DNA from: an uncultured archaeon
GTDB lineage: Archaea > Thermoproteota > Nitrososphaeria > Nitrososphaerales > Gagatemarchaeaceae
Assembly (NCBI GenBank): GCA_963799775.1
Contig: CAWCYD010000003.1
Coordinates: forward strand, 608,001-672,000
Direction of reading: 5' to 3'
DNA: 64,000 nt
Positions 1 through 9,389 of the stretch are shown here, piece after piece. Position numbers and translations under genes: made by a program. Under the pieces are notes generated by a model. It was not told where the DNA came from, did not search any database, and saw nothing but the letters and a program-made list of their open reading frames with translations. Position 1 is the stretch's first letter; every line of letters begins with the position of its first letter.

Positions 1-191
1 CCTCTCTTCGCCTTCGCTCGTCGCCACCAGGAAGGCCTCCTTCTTCTGCTCGACACCCGTGTACAGGAAGCGCTTGCTCAAGATGCTCTTTCCGGCTCCC
101 GGAGGCCCTAGCACGAGGCATAACGAGCCCACCGGGATGCCTCCCAGCATCATCTGGTCCATGTCGGGGACCCGATGGGCAACCGTTTCAA
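1..191 (-). CDS. KaiC/RAD55-family ATPase, N-terminal part (runs off window start)
   Basis: Manual translation gives ...DMDQMMLGGIPVGSLCLVLGPPGAGKSILSKRFLYTG with Walker A GPPGAGKS. Likely TTG start (MKRLPIG) joined by a 1-nt indel near 171. Confidence 0.8.
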
Positions 192-491
192 TGACGCTTT
201 AGCCTCTCAATCCAGGTTTACAAGGCTTCGCTGCTCTTGAAATCCTAAGAGCGACGGTGCGATCCTCAGAAGCGGTTCCGAGCTTGCCAATCACCTTCTG
301 TCTGGCTCCTCGAAATGCCCCACTGTGCCTGCTTCAAGATGGAGACTGAATTTCGGCTCCATTCGCCTTATAGCCCGATTCTATGAGATGCCGTAGTAAC
401 CATCACAAAGTGCACAATCTTGTCAGTCAGCCCCTACGCCAATAGCTATTCCGACAGGCCGTAGTCCTACATCACTTTCCGATAGATTGAA

Positions 492-1214
492 TTGGTGGCT
501 TCCTCGAGCGTTGGTGAAACACAAACGATTGTAGCTCTTTCAATATTCGCGGAACTTGCTTTCATTCTCATCGCCGCCTCTGTCTTCTATGCCGGAACCA
601 AGAGATACGGTGCGACCAAGACAAGCATTTTCTTGCTAGGGTCAGTTCTGTGGACTGCGCCACTGGAGAACTTTGCAGTCCTTAATGGGGCATATTCGTA
701 CTACTACTTCGCAGGCGCGCTCCAAGCCAATTACCCAGGATACTTCTTTTGGGTCGGGCTTGTTCCATTGTGGATAATCCTGGGCTGGTTTGTCTTCGCA
801 TTGTCGGGGTTCTTGATCTTTCACAACGTCGTCCTGCCGAGAAGCAGAGCTTTGCTTCAGGCCGCTGCTTCAGGTCTGTTCGCGCTCAATATCGACCTGA
901 TGATGGACCCTGTTGCTTCCTCCAACGGACTATGGGTGTGGACCGCAAACATCATGGACATTCTGCGGATTCCTCTCTTTAATTTCGTGGGTTGGTTCAT
1001 GCTGATATTCTTCTACGACCTCATCGCCCAGCACACGATATTCAACAGCCGGGAGCTGCCGATCGTTGGGAGGCTTGAGCGGCTCGTCTTTCGCGGTGAG
1101 AATCGACAGGAGGGCATCGATCTCAAGCGCTTGGTATTCCGGATAGTCATACTCGAAATCGTTCTCATTGTATTTCTCACCTTGCTCAATGACACGCTGG
1201 TAGCTCTCACATAG
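492..1214 (+). CDS. CruF/DUF422-like (carotenoid hydratase-like) membrane protein
   Basis: Multi-pass hydrophobic protein with the family-like motif D-LMMDP...G-W-W...IPLFNFVGWF. Confidence 0.65.
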   Translation: MVASSSVGETQTIVALSIFAELAFILIAASVFYAGTKRYGATKTSIFLLGSVLWTAPLENFAVLNGAYSYYYFAGALQANYPGYFFWVGLVPLWIILGWFVFALSGFLIFHNVVLPRSRALLQAAASGLFALNIDLMMDPVASSNGLWVWTANIMDILRIPLFNFVGWFMLIFFYDLIAQHTIFNSRELPIVGRLERLVFRGENRQEGIDLKRLVFRIVILEIVLIVFLTLLNDTLVALT

Positions 1215-1224
1215 TGAATCTGAG

Positions 1225-1434
1225 ATGAATCCCTCAAACTCCGGTGACTCATGGGGCATCCGCCTGGCAGCACTCTCCATACTCGCGGTATTCGCGGTTT
1301 ACCTCGTCGTCTTATACGTCGGAGGGCCAATTGCCGCATTCGGGAACAAGGAGACGAGCTTCCTTTATGCCATACTCGTCTTCATTCCTGTGCTCTTGGT
1401 GTGCATCTACGCGATCTCTAAACGCGGACCCTAG
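1225..1434 (+). CDS. Small 2-TM membrane protein
   Basis: 69-aa ORF with two hydrophobic segments, 10 nt after the upstream gene. Confidence 0.55.
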   Translation: MNPSNSGDSWGIRLAALSILAVFAVYLVVLYVGGPIAAFGNKETSFLYAILVFIPVLLVCIYAISKRGP

Positions 1435-1463
1435 AGACCGACGTTACGAAGGTTTTGGGACTC

Positions 1464-1641
1464 TCAGTTCACGCCTATCTCGGGGAATTTTGACTTGGGG
1501 AGCCCAAGTTCGCCCTGAAGCGGTCCTTATCCTAGTCGCATACTTCACCATGTTGTTCGTGTCCTTCTGCGCTTTCGCGATCTTGTATGCCTTCCACGCC
1601 TTCTTCAGGCCGGCCCAGCTCTGCCCCACGCTGTAGGACAT
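1464..1641 (-). CDS. Small conserved hypothetical protein, thaumarchaeal-type (frameshift near 1521)
   Basis: MSYSVGQSWAGLKKAWKAYKIAKAQKD...RIRT continues after a 1-nt shift as LQGELGLPKSKFPEIGVN*. Resembles a small protein recalled from Nitrososphaerota. Confidence 0.65.
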
Positions 1642-1732
1642 CTGCCCTCCCATGCCTGGCCTCGGCGCTTTTAGCGGTTCTGGATTGCTCGCACCCTCAA
1701 GGACGAGCGCGGAAGATGGTTCCGGGTTCGCG

Positions 1733-3184
1733 TCAGCCGTGCGCCCCCGCCTCCTTTAGAAGGTCGAGCAGGCGAGTGTATCGTGCCTCCCAGGCCTGCC
1801 TCTGCTCGTCCGCTTTCTTCCGCTCCTCCTCGATCGACTTGTTCAAGTCGGCGACTTCCGTCCTGAGTCTGAAGGCCTCCGTCGAGTCTGGAAGCGTGGG
1901 GATCTCGAACCCTGGCTTCCTCTTGAACCAGGCGACGAGCTTCCCCTGGTCGGCGGTGACCGCGGACAGCGTGTATCCTTGCTTCTCTATACTCTTCGTC
2001 AGCTCTCCGCCTATCTCGCCCTTCACTGTCTCGATGCTGAGGATGTCGTCGAGCATAACCCCGATCGTGTAAGCGGGCTCGACCCGCCACCTGAACTGCC
2101 TCAAAGACCGAGAGATCCGGACGGCTTCCCTCATCTTCTCACTGCCCTCCTCGATGTACCAGGATTTTGAGACGAGCAGGTAGTCGTCCTTCTCCTTCGG
2201 AGGGGGCGTTTCCCTCGGAGGCGCGTGCACCATCTTCGTCTCATGGACCTCTGAAGGCGGCTGGGTCTCCACAGGGGTAGTTTGCACTGCCTTCGTCTCG
2301 TGGACATCTGGTTGGCTTGGCTCCTCTTCCTCAACCTTGGCGGGTGCCTCTTCTTTTGGCTCGAGCACTTGCTCTTGTTCTGGCGGGCTTGTGACTTCTT
2401 CCGCCACATTCGCGGGACGTTTGTGTTCAGTCTCGAGCACTTGCTCTGGTTCTGGCGGGCTCGCCGTTTCTTCCTCCACCTTCGCTGGAGGTTCGCGTTC
2501 TGGCTCGAGCTCTTGCTCTCGCTCCACCTCAAGTTCCACCTCAAGCTCGGGCGCTTGAACCTTCAAGGGCATCGGCTCAGGGGACGGATGAAGTATTTCG
2601 GGCTCGCCCTCAAGCCGAGGAGCCGCTAAGAAGTCAGCATACATTCCTTCGGCTGGGACGACTGGTGGTTCAGGCCTTGGAATCTCCTCCTTATGCTGCG
2701 TGGAGAGGTTGGGCAGCCTTAACGCTTCCCTGGCCTCCCTTACGTACTCGACCGCTTCGGGCTCCCATGTGTAGAGCTGACCGGTGCCTCGTCGGTCAGA
2801 GTATTCCCCTTTTGCAACGATCTCGCGTACCTTCGGGCCTTCATCGAAGTCCAAGTCTTCGACGAAAGCATCGGACATGTCCTCCTTGAAACCGCTGATG
2901 CGAAAGACTGGCTCCTGAGACTCTCCCGTGGTGACGAATTCGACTACCACCTTCGGCAGGGATATTCCATGGCCATCCCCAGAGAGTGGATTCTCGCCTA
3001 TGCTACGGGCGGCCTCCGGCGTCTCCGGCGACTTGCTGTCTTTGACCTCCATGACATTGTGCCCGGGATGGCTCAGGCTGAAGTGATTGACACTGATTGG
3101 TGAGAAGAAGGACTCTGTTATTCCGCATGTGACACACCTCACGGTAATCTTCTTCGTTCTCGACGAGAACGCTTCATTGTTCAA
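1733..3184 (-). CDS. Hypothetical protein: N-terminal CxxC/His zinc-finger-like motif, Pro/Glu-rich repeat linker, C-terminal coiled coil
   Basis: CVTC...NHFSLSHPGH, repeated PAKVEEE..SPPE.EQVLE and VHETK units, heptad-like tail. Confidence 0.7.
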   Translation of the reverse strand: MNNEAFSSRTKKITVRCVTCGITESFFSPISVNHFSLSHPGHNVMEVKDSKSPETPEAARSIGENPLSGDGHGISLPKVVVEFVTTGESQEPVFRISGFKEDMSDAFVEDLDFDEGPKVREIVAKGEYSDRRGTGQLYTWEPEAVEYVREAREALRLPNLSTQHKEEIPRPEPPVVPAEGMYADFLAAPRLEGEPEILHPSPEPMPLKVQAPELEVELEVEREQELEPEREPPAKVEEETASPPEPEQVLETEHKRPANVAEEVTSPPEQEQVLEPKEEAPAKVEEEEPSQPDVHETKAVQTTPVETQPPSEVHETKMVHAPPRETPPPKEKDDYLLVSKSWYIEEGSEKMREAVRISRSLRQFRWRVEPAYTIGVMLDDILSIETVKGEIGGELTKSIEKQGYTLSAVTADQGKLVAWFKRKPGFEIPTLPDSTEAFRLRTEVADLNKSIEEERKKADEQRQAWEARYTRLLDLLKEAGAHG

Positions 3185-3353
3185 GCGGGCCGTGTCTCCT
3201 GTTCGTGGCCCGTGCTTGAGAGCGCCTTGGCAATAAGCTCGCTTGCCGATTCGCTAACATTGAGCCGTGTCTTCTTGTGCTTGCTCCTGGCCGCGACATA
3301 ATCGATCAGCCTCATGTAAAGCGGTCCTCCAGGGACACGGTGATCTTCTTCAT
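3181..3353 (-). CDS. Ribbon-helix-helix protein (frameshift near 3325)
   Basis: Correcting one indel gives MKKITVSLEDPLYMRLIDYVAARSKHKKTRLNVSESASELIAKAL, an RHH strand-helix-helix pattern. Confidence 0.6.
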
Positions 3354-3450
3354 GTCCGCCAAGCTGACAATCTGCCTGGAATATTAGCAGAATTGAGCAC
3401 AAATCTGGACCTGAAATCGGCCCGCGGTCCTTGCTGGTCAGCCCTGACCT

Positions 3451-4185
3451 CTAAAATATTTGCTCGCTCGGGAAGACCTCTATCCCGTGCTCGGTTATCC
3501 GATACGGATGAGGCTGGGTGTCATGCGCTACACCGCGCATCTTCTCGATGCTGAAGACCCTGGTGAAGGTTGACCCCGCCAGGATCTTCGACATCACAAT
3601 CACACCCTGGGTCAAGAACTCCTCGAAGACGTGAGGGCGTTGGAGCTGCGCGTCGTTGAGCTCGTCCACGAACAGCGTGGTGCACTTTGTCTTGGACGCG
3701 GCGGCGATGAGGTCGAGGAAGGCTATTCTCCTCGTGTACTCGTCGCTAAAGTGCACAATGAGGGTGGAGATGGGGTCGATCACAAGGCGGGTCGCATTGA
3801 CCCTCTTCACCGCGTCGGTGAGGGAAGATATCATCGTGGACAGAGCGAACTCATGGCCCCCGACCTCCGCACCCCCAAGCTTGATCTTGGCCGGGAGGAG
3901 CCGGATGGGCGAGGCATCCACTATGGCTATCTTGCCATCCTTCACCGGTTTCGCCAGGTCGACGCCCATTTGCTTGGCGTTTGCAAGCAGCCTTTCAGGG
4001 TCTTCGTCCATGGAGAGATAGACGCCGTTCTCCCCCGAGGCGATCCCCGACTGGAGGAACTGGAGGCTGAAAATGGTCTTCCCGCTGCCGGGAGCGCCTA
4101 GAAGAAGAATGGAGGAACCCTTGGGAACGCCCTTCCCGTCAAGAAGAGAGTCTACGCCCTGGATTCCCAGCGTCACATAGGACAA
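3451..4185 (-). CDS. KaiC/RAD55-family ATPase (single domain)
   Basis: Walker A GAPGSGKT, SMDE, Walker B RLVID, EEFLTQGVIVM, IEKMRG. Confidence 0.92.
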   Translation of the reverse strand: MSYVTLGIQGVDSLLDGKGVPKGSSILLLGAPGSGKTIFSLQFLQSGIASGENGVYLSMDEDPERLLANAKQMGVDLAKPVKDGKIAIVDASPIRLLPAKIKLGGAEVGGHEFALSTMISSLTDAVKRVNATRLVIDPISTLIVHFSDEYTRRIAFLDLIAAASKTKCTTLFVDELNDAQLQRPHVFEEFLTQGVIVMSKILAGSTFTRVFSIEKMRGVAHDTQPHPYRITEHGIEVFPSEQIF

Positions 4186-4665
4186 AGTCTAGCCCGTGAC
4201 CTTGGCGACGTGGTTCTTAAGAGACTGCTGCCAGGCCTGCGGTGCTGGACCTCGAACTTTGCGATTTCGACGCCGTTTTCCGTCTCGACAGTCAGCATGA
4301 GGGTTGAGAACGTCTCGGAGTCGTCCAGAAACCCCGGATGAGAGTTAATCGCTCGCTCGCCTGAGGCCTTTCTCTGGAAGTCGTCCTTGCTCTTCCAGTT
4401 CGGACGGCTCCTCTTGGCCCGGACTCCCGACTCGGTCGTCACGTCCATGATGGTGCTGAGTGCAATGGAGAGGATTTTGCCCGTCGAGTTCAGCCGCGCC
4501 GTCTCGAGCACGCCCGCGTACCGGGGCTCGTGGATGTGGAATATCAGGTATCGAGAGTTGAGCATGAGCTTGCCGACCATAACGTGGGGGTAGGAGGAGA
4601 GGTGGCCCTCGTAGTAGACGAAGACGTTCGCTGGGACCTTTGAGGTCTCGAGAGACCTTTGGTTC
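4173..4665 (-). CDS. Hypothetical protein with possible PH/GRAM-like fold
   Basis: Frame stays open upstream of 4580 (VFVYYEGHLSSYPHVMVGKLMLNSRYLIF...ILSIALSTIMDV), resembling bacterial PH-like domains. Start uncertain. Confidence 0.45.
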
Positions 4666-4668
4666 GAG

Positions 4669-5136
4669 CTATTCCCCTCCGGTCTGTTGCTCGATTGTCA
4701 TCTCCCTTCGCCTCTTGGGCGCGAAGGGGTCTAGGGTCGCCATGGATTCGATGTCGTGGATGCCTCTGGCCGTCACCAAGCATCCGAGAAGCGTCGCGAC
4801 TGCACATGCCCCCGCGATGGGCTCGCGGAAGAAGAATCCGACCACGCCAGTTTCAGCTGCGAGGGTGCCGCTCGCGGCAACCAGCATGCCGACCTGGTAG
4901 ACGAGAGAGCGGCTCCTGAAACCGGCGTAAATCATCGCTACAGCCCCCAATGAAAGGCCCGAGATTGCAAGGTAGAGCCACTGCGAAGAGAAAGCGGCAG
5001 CAGCCACGCTCGTGACCATGAATACAAAGCTCCCCGCTAGCGAGAGGGCGAACCCTCGTAGCTTCCTGTTCTTCCCTTCTAGCTCTGGGTAAAGCTCAGG
5101 GTACATAGGTCTTCGATTGCGCATGGTGGACTTCAC
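4669..5136 (-). CDS. 4-TM membrane protein
   Basis: Four hydrophobic segments, co-oriented in the kaiC-like operon. Confidence 0.65.
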   Translation of the reverse strand: MKSTMRNRRPMYPELYPELEGKNRKLRGFALSLAGSFVFMVTSVAAAAFSSQWLYLAISGLSLGAVAMIYAGFRSRSLVYQVGMLVAASGTLAAETGVVGFFFREPIAGACAVATLLGCLVTARGIHDIESMATLDPFAPKRRREMTIEQQTGGE

Positions 5137-5145
5137 CGAGGAAGT

Positions 5146-5535
5146 TTAGAAGTTTAGACTGTTGAGTCGATTCGGGTTATTCGTCTTCGACTCCACGGGC
5201 ATCAGCTCGGGCGAGATCAGGTGCGCGAGCTCGATGTACTTCTGGACGAAACCGGCTCCCTTGGGCGTCGCGACGTAGACTATGCTGTCCTCCTCGTGTA
5301 TCGAGTCGAGCAGGCCGGTCTGGGTGAGGTTCTCTATCATCCTCGTCGCGACGATGCTGTTCACGTTCGCGAAGAGCATGATGTGGCTCTTGCTCGCCGG
5401 AGATCTGCAACAGTTGAGCACGTCGGCCATGACGTCGATCCTTCCCCTGTTCTTTGCGTGGGAGGGCTTCCGTGTCGGCGACCTGCTCTGCTGCGAGTCG
5501 AGCGTTACTTCCCTTGCCTGCTGCGATGACTGCAT
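5146..5535 (-). CDS. Winged-helix transcriptional regulator (HTH_45-like)
   Basis: RGRIDVMADVL...SKSHIMLFANVN...GLL...YVATPKG. Confidence 0.8.
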   Translation of the reverse strand: MQSSQQAREVTLDSQQSRSPTRKPSHAKNRGRIDVMADVLNCCRSPASKSHIMLFANVNSIVATRMIENLTQTGLLDSIHEEDSIVYVATPKGAGFVQKYIELAHLISPELMPVESKTNNPNRLNSLNF

Positions 5536-5831
5536 TCCAGCGCCGAACTAGTTGTGGACGCGATTAGAACGGGTGTCGTGCAACATCCCTGCAATCGTCC
5601 TAGGACTGTGTCTGTAACACACCACGTTGCAGCCCACTTTCGCATTACGCTAGGCAGATGAGAGTGTTGAGCGCGCGGTCCTCCCCTGACTCTTTCTGGA
5701 GAGATAGCGGAAACCCCGCGAGGGTTGCGCAGAGATTCGGGCTCCGCAAGTGTTCACTTTCCCCATCATGGGGCACAATCTGGGGAGAATCCATATATAA
5801 TGGGGAATATCCCAAAATACGGGGAATAGTC

Positions 5832-6077
5832 TTGACTGTTAGGCGGGTCGACAAGCAGGGCAGGATAGCGTTGCCTCGGAAATGGCGGTCCAGAGCGTTG
5901 AAAGGTGCGACCGAGGTTGTCGTGGTTGAACAGGATGAAACGTTGATAGTGCGCCCACGGGCGAGAACCGACCTTACTAGATACTTCGACAGCATCGAGG
6001 TTGACTTGGACCCTCGTCTCTTCGCAGACTATAAGCTTCTCAAACAGTCTTTGTTAAAACAAGAGAGGGAGGGGTGA
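5832..6077 (+). CDS. AbrB/MazE/SpoVT-family antitoxin
   Basis: RRVDKQGRIALPRKWR motif, TTG start, precedes a PIN gene. Confidence 0.85.
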   Translation: MTVRRVDKQGRIALPRKWRSRALKGATEVVVVEQDETLIVRPRARTDLTRYFDSIEVDLDPRLFADYKLLKQSLLKQEREG

Positions 6078-6082
6078 AGTGG

Positions 6083-6503
6083 TTGCGATTTGTGGATGCC
6101 TCGGTGTTCCTCCACGCCTACCTGCGCCCGAAACTAGAGCCGCCCAAGGACATCGATGGCCGTCAAGGCAAGAGCGCGCGCGATAGTGAAGCGCATAAAC
6201 GAAGGGGAAGAGGTAAGCACCACGCTGGTTCACATGTCTGAAATCGCCAACATCCTGGAGGCGAGAACCACTTTGGAGACCAGTCTTGAAATCATCTCGG
6301 CATTGATCGGCCTTCCCAACTTCCTCGTCTTGGAGGTATCTAAGGAGTCATACGAGTCCGCGATTGAGCAATCCCGGATTTACATGGTCGGTCTGAATGA
6401 CGCTCTTGCTTCTCTGATCATGATTGAGGCGGGGATATCAGAAATCTACAGTTTCGACAAGGACTACGACAGAATACACGCCCTCACCCGAATCGACTCG
6501 TGA
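6083..6503 (+). CDS. vapC: VapC PIN-domain toxin (frameshift near 6155)
   Basis: MRFVDASVFLHAYL in one frame, then HMSEI, GLNDAL and IYSFDKDYD in the next. Confidence 0.85.
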
Positions 6504-6639
6504 AAAGGGTTTCATCGGTTCATCAATCGATTGATGTCCTGTTCATACGCGCGGCCTCCAGGCTCGCTAGATGCGGAACCCCATCGACAACGATGCATTC
6601 CAAAACCCTAATCTTGGGTATCGACAGCTTACCAGGGAC

Positions 6640-7799
6640 TTGAGGTTCTTTGTGGTAGGCGCGGGGATAAGCGGGCTCTTCCTCTCATACTACCTGCTGG
6701 AAAGGGGCCACGATGTCGTCATCGCCGACGTCGAGAGGGGCGTCGTCATGAACCTCGGCCAACAATGCCGGGCAGCTTTCTACTCGTCCTTCCTTCACTC
6801 CTCTCTTCCTCCCGACCCGGCCTGTGCGAATCTCGGCGAGGGAGAGACGGCGCAACCGGCGCTGGATGGCTTTGGCGAGGAAGCAGACACCGGACGCCTA
6901 CGAGAAGGTCGCCATCCCCCTTTCGATGAGAAGCTTGGAACTCTACAACGCGTTCTTCAAGAGGGAAAAGGGCAAAGTCGACCTCAAGGAGAAGGTGCTG
7001 GAGCTCAGGAAGACGGGCACCTCCGAGACGTTAGATAAGGAAGCAGGGGACCGTCCCATCGAGGGGAAGGAGCTCGATGAACCTAGGATACAAGGGGTTC
7101 CGATTCGGCCTGCTCAAAGACGAGAGATCGTTGTATTCGGCGAAGCTGCTTGTGCATCTGAAATCCAGAATCCTCTCAATGGGAGGGCACATAGGAACCG
7201 GAAGGGCCACGCTTCGCGCCTCAGGAGGCAGGATCTCCGCGGCCATAGTCAACGGCAGAGAGTTTCACGCCGAGAAGTACGTGGTCGCGGCAGGAGCTTG
7301 GAGCAACGAGGTCTGCAAGCCCCTAGGCTACGATCCTCTGATCCTCCCTGCAAGGGGGCTGGTGCTCTACTGCAAGACGGGCGGTTCCAAGCTGGTGGAC
7401 TACCCCGCGCACTACGACGAAGGACTCACGGTGACCCAGCACGATTCCGACACCCTTCGTCTGACGAGTTTCTTCGAGCTGGTCGGCTTCGAACCCAGAT
7501 TCAACCGGTCGCGAGTCGACTGGCTGTTTCGCACGGCAGTCTCTCACTTTTCGAGGAGCTCAGACGTCCGGGTCTCTGAGCTCGGAGTGGGATTCCGTCC
7601 TTCCACGCCAGACCAGCTTCCAGCAGTCGGGAAAGTCCCGAGATGCGACAACGGCTACCTACTGAGCGGCTCGTGCAGGAAGGGCATGGCCCTCGCACCA
7701 ATCCTCGGTAAAATGCTGATGAAGGAGATGCTCGGTTCTGACGACGTACCAGACCCGTTAGCCAGGGCGCTGGATCCAGGTAGGTTTCTAGCGATTTAG
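6640..7799 (+). CDS. FAD-dependent oxidoreductase, D-amino acid oxidase/DadA family (split by frameshifts)
   Basis: VVGAGISG dinucleotide motif, VVAAGAWS, GFRPSTPDQLPAVG and GMALAP spread over three overlapping ORFs. Confidence 0.85.
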
Positions 7800-7902
7800 T
7801 CTATTCTTCCGGTGGTCAGGCACGAAATGTACACGATATACCGCCAATCCTTCGTCCCTTCAGCGTGATGAGAAAGTCCTCGGATTGTCGCCAGCCTTCC
7901 AC

Positions 7903-8310
7903 TCATTCGAAAACTCGCTTGACTCCGTCGATTCGGTCAAAATCAGAGTCATTGGAGTAGATCTCTTGGATGTTCAGTCGCTCCATCTGACGGGCGATGA
8001 CTAGATCGTCGAACAGATGCCACCTTCCCTCGCTGCGCTTCTTCGCTTCGATGAAATCTGCGAACTCGGTCTCGGCCTTCATCATGGCAGGGAGCGACTG
8101 GAGGAATTCCAAGAACTGCGGGATTGCAGCCACCTTCTTTTTCCATCTGAGGTATGAGATGGACCTGGCTGATAACATGAGTGGATGCCGCCGCTTCCTC
8201 CCCCTGCTCGATCCTGGTGAGTATCGTCTTAGCGGTCTGTCCATACTTCGAGTCCGCCGCCAGACTATACACGAATATGTTCGAGTCGACGAATCTCAGG
8301 TCGGCATCAC
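7903..8310 (-). CDS. vapC: VapC PIN-domain toxin (frameshifted)
   Basis: RFVDSNIFVY...FDDLVIA...IYSNDSDFD across two frames. Confidence 0.85.
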
Positions 8311-8525
8311 TCTTTTCCCGGTGCATCCTTGATGTCCTCGATGTTGACGCTGAAGCTGCCGAGGGCTCCATAGATGTCAGAAACGGTAACGACTCGCTTG
8401 CGCTTCAGGATGATCGCGCCGTCCTTGGCGGTTATCTCAAGTTTGTCTCCTTTTGTGATGCCGAGGTCTCTTCTGAGGTGCGCTGGGATTGTCACCCTGC
8501 CCCTACCTTCAACTTCTGCTTCCAA
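8307..8525 (-). CDS. AbrB/MazE-family antitoxin
   Basis: VEGRGRVTIPAHLRRDLGITKGDKL. Confidence 0.9.
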   Translation of the reverse strand: MEAEVEGRGRVTIPAHLRRDLGITKGDKLEITAKDGAIILKRKRVVTVSDIYGALGSFSVNIEDIKDAPGKE

Positions 8526-8626
8526 TTAGTACCCACTCAGTCATCCCACTATTTTTGTGGGTTAAATAGATTCCCACGTCCAGTCGGGCGGCACCTCCAC
8601 CAACTCGATTTTCTGCATATTGTCGC

Positions 8627-8725
8627 CTGGCCGATCTTTACCGTGGTCTCGACTACAAGCCCGTCGTTCTGGACTACGTGCCGGAACGACTTGAACTTGG
8701 ATATGACTTCGAGGAGCTTCTCGAT
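8627..8725 (-). pseudogene. Orphan duplicate of the 3' end of the KaiC-like gene at 9390-10166
   Basis: IEKLLEVISKFKSFRHVVQNDGLVVETTVKIGQ vs IEKLRKVIPKSKTFRHVVQNDGLVVETTARIG*. Confidence 0.85.
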
Positions 8726-8773
8726 CGTTTGAGAGGAGAAGTCTAATGACCAGGCGGATGAAACGCCAGCGCC

Positions 8774-9115
8774 TTGGCCGTCGACGAAGAAGACTCCGAG
8801 CTGACGACAAGGGCTCATGACGGGAGCCGGTTCATTTTGACGAAAAGGCGTTGGCTCCACATCGTCGACAGGCATGGTGAGCTGAGGACACTTTTGGAAT
8901 CAATAGGGTTCGCGGCCGAGTCTCCAGATGAAATCTTCACGGATTCGCGTGGGATGTCACACCTTGTGAAGCGGTTGCACGACGCGCCTTCTGATTTCCT
9001 CATTCTTATCGCACGAAAGGAAACTTCCACAACCTATTTAGTGACCGCCTATCTCATGGGCAGCAAGAGAAAAGAAAGGAGGTATCGGAAATTCAAAAAG
9101 CAAACACTCTCTTAG
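8774..9115 (+). CDS. Putative BECR-fold (PBECR2/DUF4258-like) ribonuclease toxin
   Basis: RWLHIVDRHGEL...PDEI...LVTAY pattern, followed by a DUF2283-like gene. Confidence 0.65.
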   Translation: MAVDEEDSELTTRAHDGSRFILTKRRWLHIVDRHGELRTLLESIGFAAESPDEIFTDSRGMSHLVKRLHDAPSDFLILIARKETSTTYLVTAYLMGSKRKERRYRKFKKQTLS

Positions 9116-9168
9116 ACATAGACCTAAAGAAAGTCATAGCGAGAACTGGAAAGAGGTATCATCTAAGG

Positions 9169-9345
9169 ATGCCATCCACGGTCCTCATGGCCGATTACGA
9201 CGACAAAGAGGGTGACCTATACATCAGATTCGTCGAATCGGACCATACCGAAGGAGAACCCACCGACGACGGCCTTGTCGTGGTCCACCGCGACAACAAG
9301 AACAACATTGCGGCAATCGAAATCCTCGATCTCTCAGAACTCTGA
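9169..9345 (+). CDS. DUF2283-like putative antitoxin (not in ORF track)
   Basis: Manual translation MPSTVLMADYDDKEGDLYIRFVESDHTEGEPTDDGLVVVHRDNKNNIAAIEILDLSEL*. True start may be further upstream. Confidence 0.75.
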   Translation: MPSTVLMADYDDKEGDLYIRFVESDHTEGEPTDDGLVVVHRDNKNNIAAIEILDLSEL

Positions 9346-9389
9346 GGATTGTCAGGGCCGCATCTTTATGCGACTGTTTCTGACTAGGG

